This document shows positions 11,948-27,636 of a stretch of 47,400 nucleotides of DNA, one piece after another (positions within the stretch are counted from its first letter, which is position 1; each line of letters opens with the position of its first letter). The position numbers and the translations under genes are program-made. The stretch lies in assembly GCA_002269645.1 (NCBI GenBank), contig NIVC01003574.1, positions 42,998-90,397 on the forward strand. Reading direction: 5' to 3'. The DNA is from Macrostomum lignano (lineage: Eukaryota). The notes beneath the pieces are model-generated. The model made no database searches, was not told the DNA's origin, and saw only the letters and a list, made by a program, of their open reading frames with translations.

Positions 11948-12070
11948 AAGGGCCGCTGCACACCCTGTGTGAGTGTGTGCCTGCGTACAGTATTGGCGCG
12001 CTTGTATGTGGTCAGTAGTCAGCGGAGTGGGCAGGATTGCCGTCTACGCTGGCTGTGAGCTGATGTCTCA
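11948..12070 (+). repeat. Diverged solo copy of the dispersed repeat that forms the 15.1-16.2 kb inverted repeat
   Basis: GGGCCGCTGCACACCCTGTGTGAGTGTGTGCCTG...GCGGAGTGGGCAG aligns by eye to 15260-15400. Confidence 0.75.
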
Positions 12071-12159
12071 GAAGTGGGTCGGGTGGCCGCTGCCCAATTC
12101 TTGAATCGATTTTTATTCATATTTGAACTCACAAACTCATTAACCAATGGCCTCGTGGA

Positions 12160-12692
12160 CTCATAACCTCATAAACTTATGACCTCATGAACTCATGAAC
12201 TCATAGACTCATAAACTCATGAACTCATGAACTCATAGACTCATGAACTCATAGACTCATGAACTCCTGAACTCATGAACTCATGAACTCATAGACTCAT
12301 AAACTCATAGACTCATAAACTCCTGGACTCATGAACTCCTGAACTCATGAACTCATAGACTCATGAACTCCTGAACTCATGAACTCATGAACTCATAGAC
12401 TCATAAACTCATAGACTCATAAACTCCTGAACTCATAAACTCCTGAACTCATGAACTCATGAAGTCATGAACACATAGACTCATGAACTCCTGAACTCAT
12501 GAACTCATAGACTCATAAACTCATGAACTAATGAACTCATAGACTCATAAACTCATGAACTCATGATCTCATAAATGCATAAATCCATGAACTCATGAAC
12601 TCCTGAACTCATGAACTCATAGACTCATAAACTCATGAACTCATGATCTCAAAAATGCATAAATCCATGAACTCATGAACTCATGAACTCAT
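12160..12692. repeat. 8-bp minisatellite (CTCATGAA / CTCATAGA / CTCATAAA)
   Basis: About 65 units with an 8-bp period. Confidence 0.93.
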
Positions 12693-13965
12693 TCATTCTT
12701 TTGTCATGCACTGAACAGCTAGTTAAACTGAGACAGCACGGTTCGTATTTGTGTTTTCAGTTCTTCACGGATAGATTATAAAATGTACTATTATATCGGC
12801 TGGCTATATAAGGAAGACTCCAGAAATGCTCAAACAGCCAAGAAGCCGTGCGAAAGACAGCGCGGTTCCTGACCCCTTCTTGCAAGCATTGATTAAAAGG
12901 GGCTTATACAAGTAAGGGCGAGCGGAGGGAGAGAGGGAGTTGAGAACACTGCTAATGCAGAAAAAAATAAGCGAAACCCCCCAGCGAGGGAAGAGAAAGA
13001 CAGAGAGTGAGAGTGAGCGAGAGATGAAGCGCCATGCTCAATTACCAAAGCCAAGTCTCTTTTAGTATATAAATGAAGTAGCGGCCTCTGGGCCAGCAGC
13101 TGAGCCGAAGGCAGCGAGTGATGAAGAGTCGGAGTAGGGGATGCTGCTCAGAGGCGCACACGCCCCTATCTCATATCTCAGCTGTGAACGCCAGAATCTC
13201 TATTGTCCAGAAGTGGAAGCTCAACTTTTTGAGGGCCGTTTCAAGCCAAGCAGCTCGGGTCTCAAAATATGGACGATTATTTTTTTAGCTTTTTTCTCTC
13301 TCTCACTGACTGGCACAGCGAGTCTGTGTTGGGTTTCCAAAGCAATCTCAAACTGTGCAGAGGCTGCTTGTTGTCGGCTTGAGATGACTGAGATTTAGGT
13401 GGGTAATGGAAGAGAAGGTCAACAGTTAGACTGGATGGGCTGTGGCGCATGAAGTGTAGCCGGAGAGTGAGAGATATGATGCATTAATATAACTGATGCT
13501 GATCTCTGCGACTTAAATCCTCACCTTCGATGAGATTGAACGGGGGGGGACATCCAGGCCTCCCTATAGGGTGTAGAGGTGGATTTATCTGTTACAGTTC
13601 TCCACTTCTAAAGGAACGATCCGCTGATCAAGTCCGGTAAGCCTTGGTAGTTTTACAGTTTTACAGTTAATTAAAAGTACACCAATGAAGTCAGCACAGG
13701 AAAAAAATTAGCTGTTTACTAGATTATTTAAAAAAAAAACAAGAATTTGACAATGATAAGCGCGGTCAGGGCTGCTCAGTGTTAAGCAAAATTGAACTCA
13801 ATATTTTTCTACAACTTCAGATAAAGGGTTTTCGCATTTGTTAAGAAGTGCAACATTTTTATTGCAATGCTTATTGGTAGATAAAACCAAAATGCTTCAG
13901 TATAGTTCGGGTTTTCATGTGTTGCCTTCTTTGCTGCTTGGTTGACATTGAAATTGAATGGAATT

Positions 13966-14568
13966 TTGAAGGGTTGAAGGGTTTGGGTTGAAGGGTTTGG
14001 GTTGAAGGGTTTGGGTTGAAGGGTTTGGGTTGAAGGGTTTGGGTTGAAGGGTTTGGGTTGAAGGGTTTGGGTTGAAGGGTTTGGGTTGAAGGGTTTGGGT
14101 TGAAGGGTTTGGGTTGAAGGGTTTGGGTTGAAGGGTTTGGGTTGAAGGGTTTGGGTTGAAGGGTTTGGGTTGAAGGGTTTGGGTTGAAGGGTTTGGGTTG
14201 AAGGGTTTGGGTTGAAGGGTTTGGGTTGAAGGGTTTGGGTTGAAGGGTTTGGGTTGAAGGGTTTGGGTTGAAGGGTTTGGGTTGAAGGGTTTGGGTTGAA
14301 GGGTTTGGGTTGAAGGGTTTGGGTTGAAGGGTTTGGGTTGAAGGGTTTGGGTTGAAGGGTTTGGGTTGAAGGGTTTGGGTTGAAGGGTTTGGGTTGAAGG
14401 GTTTGGGTTGAAGGGTTTGGGTTGAAGGGTTTGGGTTGAAGGGTTTGGGTTGAAGGGTTTGGGTTGAAGGGTTTGGGTTGAAGGGTTTGGGTTGAAGGGT
14501 TTGGGTTGAAGGGTTTGGGTTAAAGGTTTGGGTTGAAGGGTTTGGGTTGAAGGGTTTGGGTTGAAGGG
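13966..14568 (+). repeat. 14-bp G-rich satellite (GGGTTGAAGGGTTT)n
   Basis: About 42 near-perfect units, each with two GGG tracts. Confidence 0.97.
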
Positions 14569-15108
14569 TGTGACTTTCACTAGAAAGCATAAAAACACAG
14601 CAGGAAAACCAGTTGAATTTTTTCTTTTAAAATATGCCTTAAGTATTGTTTAAGACTCTTAGAAATCTCTTAGAAAAATATCTCTAGGTCCCCGTCTCAG
14701 CACGCAAACGCATTTGCTGGGGATTTCCGGGCATTGGGAACGGGATTCAATCGGGGATTCAGTTGTGAACAGCAAAAATGGCGGCTGCATGGACTGGAGT
14801 TCACGCGCATACAAAGCACGACATAAATTGTAATCACCCTATAAAAGCAGAGGATTTATCCAATGAAAAAAACGAAGCCGGAACCACATTCTGTCATGAG
14901 CAGAAATAACGGACCGCAAAAGGCAATTGCAAGAAAATCAGTTCTTTTTTGCATGCAGGACGAGAAATTCTACAAGTTTGTACGTGATAATAAAATCGAC
15001 CCCAAGTGCCAATGAGAATTGCAGAAACAAACTCATATAGAGGCAGCACTATCTTGAACTTTTATCCGACATATTTAATCTTCATTGGGGGTCCAGCGCG
15101 GCGCTTTG

Positions 15109-16198
15109 ATGCGCCAGCGGCCCAAGCTCGATTCCAAGTGCAGTCACATTGATCTGGGACTGAATTGGAATCTCGGCTTGGCTCTGCTCGTGCAATAACG
15201 GCTTTGAGGGTCAACCCAAGGCACAGTGAAGTGTACATGCCTAACGATAAATAAAGTTAGGGCCGCTGTACACTCCTGTGTGAGTGTGTGCCTGTGCGTG
15301 TGACTGCGTACGTATCCGCGCGCTTTTGTGCCTGCTCAGGGGAGTCGGCGGAATGGGCAGTAATGCCTCTCGCCGGTTGTGTGACAATGTCGCATACAGC
15401 CAGACCACAGCTGTTTCTAAAAATGTTTTATTTGTTTAAATTTTATAACCGATGGAATTTTTAATATCGCAATTGACGTCACAAATCTTAGTAGGCAAGT
15501 TGAGAGACAAATGGACATGTCGCTAGAGCAGACAGAACTGCTCAATTATCTTTTTACAAGCTATTTTTAACTCTAAGTTTAATCGACAAGCGCGCAATGA
15601 GGGCGGCACAAGATTGAGAAAGTGATTGAGAGGTTGAGACAAAAGCCTTCGTGGCGACTCAAGTTTACCTGAAGCCTGGGGCATATCATATTTTTCGATT
15701 TTTTTCCAGACCGTCAACCCTGCAAGCTGGGGAGATAAAAAGATAAAGCCACTGAAAACTGAGTGACACAAGGCACAGGAGTAAATTTCGATTTCTTTGA
15801 AAAAATTGAGGAATATAAAAATAGAATTCGGTATAAGGCTGTGTGTATTTTTCTTAGCGTGTACAATCATTGTGGCTTTATATAGAAAGCTACTTATAGT
15901 AACATAGTGCAGTTAGCGATCGTGAAATATCAATATGTTTTGCGACAGCAAATCAACGTTGACAACTGCAAAATGGGGCTGCCCATTCCGCCGACTCCCC
16001 TGAGCAGGCACACAAGCGCGCGGATACGTACGCAGTCACACGCACAGGCACACACTCACACAGGCATGTACACTTCACTGTGCCTTGGGAGTTGACCCTC
16101 AAGGCCGTTAATTGCACGAGCAGAGCCAAGCCGAGATTCCAATTCAGCCCCAAATTAATGTGACTGCACTTGGAATCGAGCCTGGGCCGCTGGCGCAT
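15109..16198. mobile_element. Fold-back/MITE-like element: ~220-250-bp inverted arms (15109-15361 and 15979-16198) around a ~620-bp AT-rich spacer
   Basis: ATGCGCCAGCGGCCC...GGCGGAATGGGCAG on the left is the reverse complement of CTGCCCATTCCGCC...GGGCCGCTGGCGCAT on the right. The left arm has a ~35-bp insertion. No TSD identified. Confidence 0.7.
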
Positions 16199-16403
16199 GC
16201 AGAGCGTCAATAAATAAAGTCAATCTGTTCAGTGCATTCAACCGTGTCCCATCGGCCGAAATGGCAGCAGAAAATCTCTATTTTGTAAGCAAAAGTCGCA
16301 TATAAATTCAAAGAGAGGGCACAGTCGATCACGGATCAAAATTTATCAAAGTCTCAGCAGCTGGCGAACCAGTAAGTTTGAGATTTTTCATCTTTCCTAG
16401 CCT

Positions 16404-21057
<4,654 letters not shown>

Positions 21058-22389
21058 CTGAATTTATTCAATTAGATGAAAACATACCTGTATGTTCTCG
21101 CAGCCATGGACACAATATAGAGAAGTCTTCAAAATGAATCACTTCTTACCAGTGTAGCCAGGTTTTCCCACTTCAGTTGTTGCGTGTAACATTTTTATGC
21201 CTGCAATTTCACGATTGTTTAATGAGTTCTGGAAGCATAGATCAATTTTAAAACGAGTGAAAATGTTTAAATATATACATTTTTATGTATCTAAAATAGC
21301 GATGAAGCCTTGCAAACTAGCTCTTCATAACTGACTCATTTAACTTTATCAAACGGAGTAAAACAATAATAGTTAATACGCTCGTAGTTGTTGTACAAAC
21401 CCAGCCTACAATACCCAAACTCAATTAAACTTTAACCGGGTAATTTACCCTATTAAGTTCAATTTACCCTATCAAACAGTTTACTAATTTTATTCAGCTA
21501 TACAATTTTTTGGATTGCTCCAGGTAGTTTAACAATATCTAGGTAAAAAAGTGGAGTTAACACAAAAACAACTAGTTTAAGCATTGGGTAAGTCAGGAAA
21601 AATAACTGGATATCATAAATTAAAAGTACTTAGATCCAAAGAGAGACCTAGTTAACCGAATTAACACCACTAGTAGGGACCTTATGTAGGGAAACCTTCA
21701 GAAATAAAATATCCATTAGAGACAAAAATCAGCAAAGATTTCAATTCAAAGGTTTCAGTGTTGTATCTCTACGGCTTGAATAAAATGACTCTTAAATTAT
21801 ACTAGGTCGAAAGTCATCCTACTAGGTCCTTTCATTTCACCTTTTCAACGCTCAGAAGTAGAACAAGAACAAGTGTCTAACATAATTACGTTGCTTTTGT
21901 TAGATAAGAAATAAAGCACACAAAGCTACTTATTAAAAAAGCATTAAGACGCCAAATTTATGATAACAATAGAGCTATAAAAAGTATCTTTAAAATAAAC
22001 CTTGCAAAAAACATACATTTTAAAGTTTTTTATACTTTAACACTTATTAAGCTTAGAAAAAAACATAAGATTTGTTAAAACAGCAAAAATATTTAAATCT
22101 TCCTATTGCAGCGTTGAAAAATTATATTTATCAATATTAAGTCATGAAGTAAAGACTGAAGTCAGACTGAAGTAAAGAGTTCACTTCTGATAGGTAATCA
22201 TAATACTTCTTCAGCATTATGCGCGCATGCGAGGCGAGGCATACCCTACATAGAATGCCTAATTAGCAAAAATTGAATGGCCAAAATGCCTAGAGTGATA
22301 ATATTCTCGTTTCTATTTTATATTGATTTTGTTAATTCTGACAAGATTAAAGCCTTTTATTAGGCCTACCCGCTGGGACCCAACTCCGA

Positions 22390-22660
22390 CATCTTGCAAA
22401 CTGTCTGATCATTATCAACCCGATTTTCACACGATTTTTATACGATTCGATTATCGGACTGAAATATACACGATTTCTCCCCGACTTTCGCTCGTTTTTC
22501 AGGCCGATAAAAGCAGACTAAAGTCTGAATTGTTTTGGCACGATTTTTCACAGACATTTACCCGATTTTCACCTACATTTTGTCGGAGAAAAGTCGGCTT
22601 AAGTTCGGTGCAGTTTTGGCACGATTTTTCACCGACATTTACCCATTTTTCACCTTACTT
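22390..22660. repeat. Left subterminal repeats of the CACTA element ((C/A)CGATTTT(T)CA motifs)
   Basis: Multiple short motif copies next to the left TIR. Confidence 0.8.
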
Positions 22661-23216
22661 GGATAAAGTGCTATAAGATGCTGCGGCGCTGCGTCTGGGC
22701 GCCGTCTGCTGATTGAAGAGTGTCATAGTCATCCATCCCCTGTCGCTTGATCTGGCTCTTCCACCACCCGCTTAATTATGCCAGTCTACATTGTCGGTGG
22801 CTCTTTGTATTACATGCCTTATGTAATATTATACACTAGTACATGCCTACATTAAAATTGACATTAAATTGTGTCCATATCAAATATACTGATGTCTAAA
22901 ACTATTGAAATGCAGTGTGAATCTGCAATCACTGTGTTTATGTTTAGTGCTTTATTTTCACTCTTAGTGTCCATTTTCCTATATCCTGTTTTTCCTGTCC
23001 ATATAATATTTAGGGTTTAAGCAGCATTGTATATCAAAATTTAGTTCGTGTCTATCATATGTCGGGTCATATCTATCAATAGTCAGATCAGACATCTCAT
23101 TGATTTTCGGATAATTTCTTAGCAGCTTTATTTCTTTAATTACTTTAGTTAACTTTGTTCTCATTGCTTAAGCAATAATTTGAGTTGTAAATCCCTCCCG
23201 CAGCTGTGTTCGACGC

Positions 23217-25990
23217 ATGTCTTTACTCAAAATGCCGAAGTCCAATAGAAAGCGGCAACAGGAGTGGAGGCAGCGCCAGAAGGAAATAAAAAAACAAAGA
23301 CGCAACGTAGCATTGCCTTCCGGTGCCAGCGGCGGTCCCGCTGATTCGCCAGCATCGGAGGAGCCGCTGCATAATTCCCAGGCCGACGGGGCTTCGCCTT
23401 CCGGTGACAGCGGCGGTCCCGCTGATTCGCCAGCATCGGAGGAGCCGCTGCATAATTCCCAGGCCGACGGGGCTTCGCCTTCCGGTGCCAGCGGCGGTCC
23501 CGCTGATTCGCCAGCATCGGAGGAGCCGCTGCATAATTCCCAGGCCGACGGGGCTTCACCTTCCGGTGCCAGCGGCGGTCCCGCTGATTCGCCACCGACT
23601 CGTCAAGATCACCTTTTATTTGGTGGAGCATCAATAACTGTCAGTGAAGCAGCTGCAGCAATCGAGGCCTTTCGTAGAAAAAGCAAGCTACGCCGAAAGT
23701 CAACAACCTCGCTACTCCAATTGATTCAAAGACTTTTGCCAAGGGGCAACAATGCTCCCCGCACAATAAAGCAGCTCGACAAGGCACTGGGAATTGCGCC
23801 TACAAAGGGTTGCTTTCGACCTAAAAATGCGACTTGCCACTCCGTGTGCTGCTCCTGCAGTTTGAGTCACATCGGAGAAGCACCAGCTGGCGCGCGCTGT
23901 GAGCAATGCCAGGCGCACCTCGTGAAATTTTGGGTGCTTGATGTTCGCCCCCAGCTGCGTGTTATGATTGATCAAAATGGGCTGCTGCGCCACGTCACTT
24001 TTCCCTGTGATCAAGTATATACTCCAGGTTGTCTAAGCTTCGCGGGGAGCATGGCATATCAAAATTTTATGCAGCGCATTCAGCCGCACGATCGATGCGA
24101 CCTATCATACACGCTATGTACGGACAGCTTCGCGGTCGCAAGATCATCCGGCGCTGAAGTTTGCCCCGTGTATCTTGTTATAAATGAGATAGCCGACAAG
24201 CTTAAGATGCGCTTCGTCGTGCTCTGCGGCGTGTGGTCGGGCAAAAAATCATTGCGAGCCTCGCGCTTCTTGCAGTTGGTGGTGCCCATGCTCAACATGT
24301 TGCGCGAGGAGGGCATTCGAGTCACCGACGAAACCGGTGCCTGTCGCCAGATTTACCTGCATCCGCTCATCGGGATATTCGACGCCCCTGTCCGCGCCGA
24401 TGCCATTGGCATTAAGCGTTACAACGCACGCTACGGCTGCGACAAATGCTACGTGGAGACGCACCCACTAATACGGGGCTGTCGTTACTACCCGCTGGCG
24501 ATAACCAGTACCACTCAGAGAGCTGCTAGACGTGCCGGTTGCAGGGTGACGACCCTCCGGTGCAAGCGAGATACGCTTCATCTAGCTGCAAATATTCCTC
24601 CGCGTGCTGACGACGTGCTTGGGGTAAGACGTAATGTTTTATTAGCTATAATGAGTAAAAAGTACATATACATACACAGCTGCTTTTCCACACATTTTAT
24701 GCAGGTGAAAGCCGTCTCCCCTTTGCGAAATCTAAACGGCTTTGATTTCACATCTGGTTGCCCTCCGTGCTGCTTGCATCAGCTTGAAATCGGTCAAGTG
24801 AAGTGGCTTCTGCGGCAGCTTTTTTGTCAGCGCAGAGAGCGGCCGGATCCAGATGCCGATACTCCAGGCCTGCATTCGCGACTGGATGACATCGACGCAG
24901 TCGTGGGCGAAATTATCGTGTCCCGAAGCGTTCACCGCAGAAATCTGCGGTCACTGCGTGAGCTGTCCCGCTTCCGTGGCCATGAGTTCGCGGTCTGGGC
25001 CTTTGCAGTCGGTCCAATGGTCCTTGGCGACTTTCTTACGGACCCTACGACCCGCGACTATTATTTGCATCTGCTACTGTTGAGCTCCGCTATTTTTTGG
25101 CTAAGTTTGGAAGGCGCGTCGCTTGTGGAAGTTATGCGTGCGCAGACTTCCTTGGAGCTATTTCAAAAGTGAGTGCACTATCCTGTTTCAAACCTTACAT
25201 CCTAGCTGTTGAAGCTTATATCTGCAATATCTACATCCTTACTGCACACACCAGGTGCCTACCGACGCTGTACTCGTTGCGGGCCCTCACATACAATTCG
25301 CACCAATTGTGCGCGCACATGACCTCTGCCGTGTTCCAGTTCGGGCCTCTTCAACGGCTGTCCGCTTCGCTGTTCGAAGCCACTCATTTCCGTCTCCGCA
25401 GCATGATCCACGGATCGCGGCTGCAAGATGTCGAGATACTGAAATCAATCAGTCGCCATGTGGAGACACTGCGGGACCAGGAGCCTGACGAAGACCGAGG
25501 CACAACTGCAGTCTTCGTTGGAGGCGTTAAACTGCAGAACCCAGTGCCGCATCAGGCGGAGAGCTTCCGTACAGCCACTCTCCCCAATGTACTTTTCATC
25601 GAAGTCTGTACAGCTGCAGCTAGGGCTTCGAAGACGGCATCCTGCTTCGTAGCTACTCAAGGCCAGGCAGCCACTGAAATAATTTTCAGCAAAGTAGAAG
25701 CGATTCAAGCTGACGTGGACATCAACATCGTGAAAACCACTCTTAGGCTCATCAAGACGGCGGAGCTGGTATATTATCCGGCCGCTCCACTCTGTTCATT
25801 GCCTCCACAATCACCCAGTCGTGGTTGTCGGCTCGCGCATGTCGTGCGCCTGATGGAGGATCCTTTCTGCAGCGACGATGAATCGGACGCTGCTGCATAC
25901 ACAGTCGGCACCGACAAAATCCTGGGCACGTGCCTTGTGAGCAGAACGCATATTGCTCTGATGCCGTTCTCGCAGCTGAATTATTCGTAG
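23217..25990 (+). CDS. CACTA/EnSpm DDE transposase, ~868 aa; join(23217-24623, 24705-25168, 25255-25990)
   Basis: Motifs LCTDS (D1), VCPVYLVINE, LCGVWSG, IFDAPVRA (D2), RYNARYGCDKC, G|VK..SPL, CCLH (C/DxxH), GHEF (E), TYNSHQL..FGPL..SASLFE. Two GT-AG introns (81 and 86 nt) are phase-consistent, and there are no internal stops. Confidence 0.9.
23316..23592 (+). repeat. 81-bp coding tandem repeat (27 aa PSGASGGPADSPASEEPLHNSQADGAS, ~3.4 copies) in the transposase N-terminus
   Basis: 81-nt period (23316 versus 23397). Confidence 0.92.
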
Positions 25991-26592
25991 GCTAGCGGTC
26001 TTTTTATCTTTCTCGCTTTCTTTCTGTTGTGTCTGGTAACTGACGTATTTGTCTTGTTGCAGATTATCTCTTATGGCTGATATTGCTTTTTATTTGTCAT
26101 GCGATTACGTAAGCTTTGGGCCGAAGAAAAACTTAGAGAGAAGACGCGCTCGGGGGAGGCAATACGAGGGTTTTAAGGTCGTGGTCATAGACATAAGTGA
26201 ATGGGGACTACTACAGTTAGCACGTAATAAAAAGGGGACGAAACTTGCAAAGTACGAGTATGGGCTACAATTATTAAGTGCATTTGCCATGCACTTCACT
26301 TTCTCCGTTCTTTGTCTTTTTCTTGCTAGCTGGCCCACCAAGCAGTGTTATATTTAAAATTTTATCCAAATGTAAATACATTGTAAATATGCTGTAAATA
26401 TGTATTTACATATAATAAAAAATAATAATAAATTAATAATAAATATATAATTTACATATCAGGAAATATATTATGTAAATCGTGCTTCTTTTTTTTTATT
26501 CCTTCGTGTTCCTTAAATTGAGTGCACTCACTTCAGATTATGATTAGATCTGAAGGATCGCAATACATTTGAATACCACAAAAACTTTCAGA

Positions 26593-27437
26593 ATGTCGAA
26601 TTTCAACATTCACGAATCCCCATCGTGGGTTGCGGCGCAAATGGATACTCGCGCGTTGTGCCCAGACGATCTGGCGTACCTGGAGTGCCATGCAACCTTA
26701 TGCGACGCACCAGTCGAAAAGACCAAGTCTGTCGTACTTGCGTTTGTCCGAGCACTCGAAGTCGTGGAACCTGAGAGTTTCCTCACCGCAACTTTGTGTG
26801 ACGACTTTACTTATATTGAAGCAGTCGTTGACGTCCGGGCGACGAGACTGTTTCCCGAGCTCCTACCCGGCGCAACTCTGTTGCTGGAGTCTCCCAAAAT
26901 TTTTGTTTTGGGAGGCGGTGCCCTCTCCTCCGCTAGCATTTCAGCCAATGGCAAAAAATTAGCGCTCAGCGTGCGAGCGGAGTGCATCCGCCGGGTATAT
27001 CCGCGTCCCAGGGTAAGCTGCCCACTTACTCTACATGCAATATATCCATTAGCTCGTACAATTTAGTATGACAAGAGTGCTCCCATACCGTTAAACAGGT
27101 CGTTGTGGATCACGAGGAACAGGACAGCGAGCGCAGCGAGTTTTACGGCTACCTGGCAATTAAGCAGCCTCGACTGGATTGCGAGACTGCAGAAAGTGAG
27201 GATCGCCAGGACGCAACCGCAGCTGAGACTGCAGAAAGTGAGGATCGCCAGGACGCAACCGCAGCTGAGACTGCAGAAAGTGAGGATCGCCAGGACGCAA
27301 CCGCAGCTGAGACGCAGGATGAGCGAGATGAACCTCCGCCCTCGATGGCGTTTGAGTGTGTGTGCCTGTGGAGAGGCGTCGGAGGTGTAGCATCGCGACG
27401 CTATTGCTATCTGCATAATGCATTTGCCAATGTATAA
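26593..27437 (+). CDS. Transposon-borne HROB/MCM8IP (DUF4539)-like OB-fold protein with an acidic repeat tail, ~252 aa; join(26593-27012, 27099-27437)
   Basis: Phase-0 GT-AG intron (AGG|GTAAGC ... AAACAG|GTC). KTKSVVLAFVRAL..FLTATLCDDFTYIEAVV...ELLPGATLLLESPKIF...LALSVRAECIRRVYP parallels recalled HROB KVPNMAVMIKSL..ASVVFKDPTGEMQGTVH...ELKPGSVLLLKQIGVF...YLNVTPNNLVHIYSP. Confidence 0.7.
27183..27313 (+). repeat. 42-bp coding repeat (14 aa ETAESEDRQDATAA x3)
   Basis: 42-nt period (27183, 27225, 27267). Confidence 0.92.
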
Positions 27438-27636
27438 TTCATGTCAGTATTTTTATGTACAGATTCGAACAGCAATAATTCATGTCAGTTTTATGTACGG
27501 ATACGAACAAAAATATATAAATCAAGGTTTGATACTTCCTTTCTGTCTCCATTTATACTTTATTTATTTAATGTTGCCAGTGTCACGTTTTCTCAGTATA
27601 GACACCTATATTCGTAATTAGACGCGTACCTATAGT

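Noticed and set aside
12160-12692. TGAACT-CA-TGAACT as a nuclear-receptor DR2 array
   Set aside because: A short motif arising automatically from an 8-bp repeat; no supporting context.
13141-13398. 85-aa ORF
   Set aside because: No recognisable domain or splice-consistent partner exons.
13871-14598. NPNPSTQTLQPKPF ORFs resembling circumsporozoite-type repeats; true telomere
   Set aside because: Translation of a 14-bp satellite; the unit is not TTAGGG and the array is interstitial.
26049-26357. Short ORFs between the transposase and the OB-fold gene
   Set aside because: No ATG-initiated, motif-bearing frame; probably UTR or spacer.
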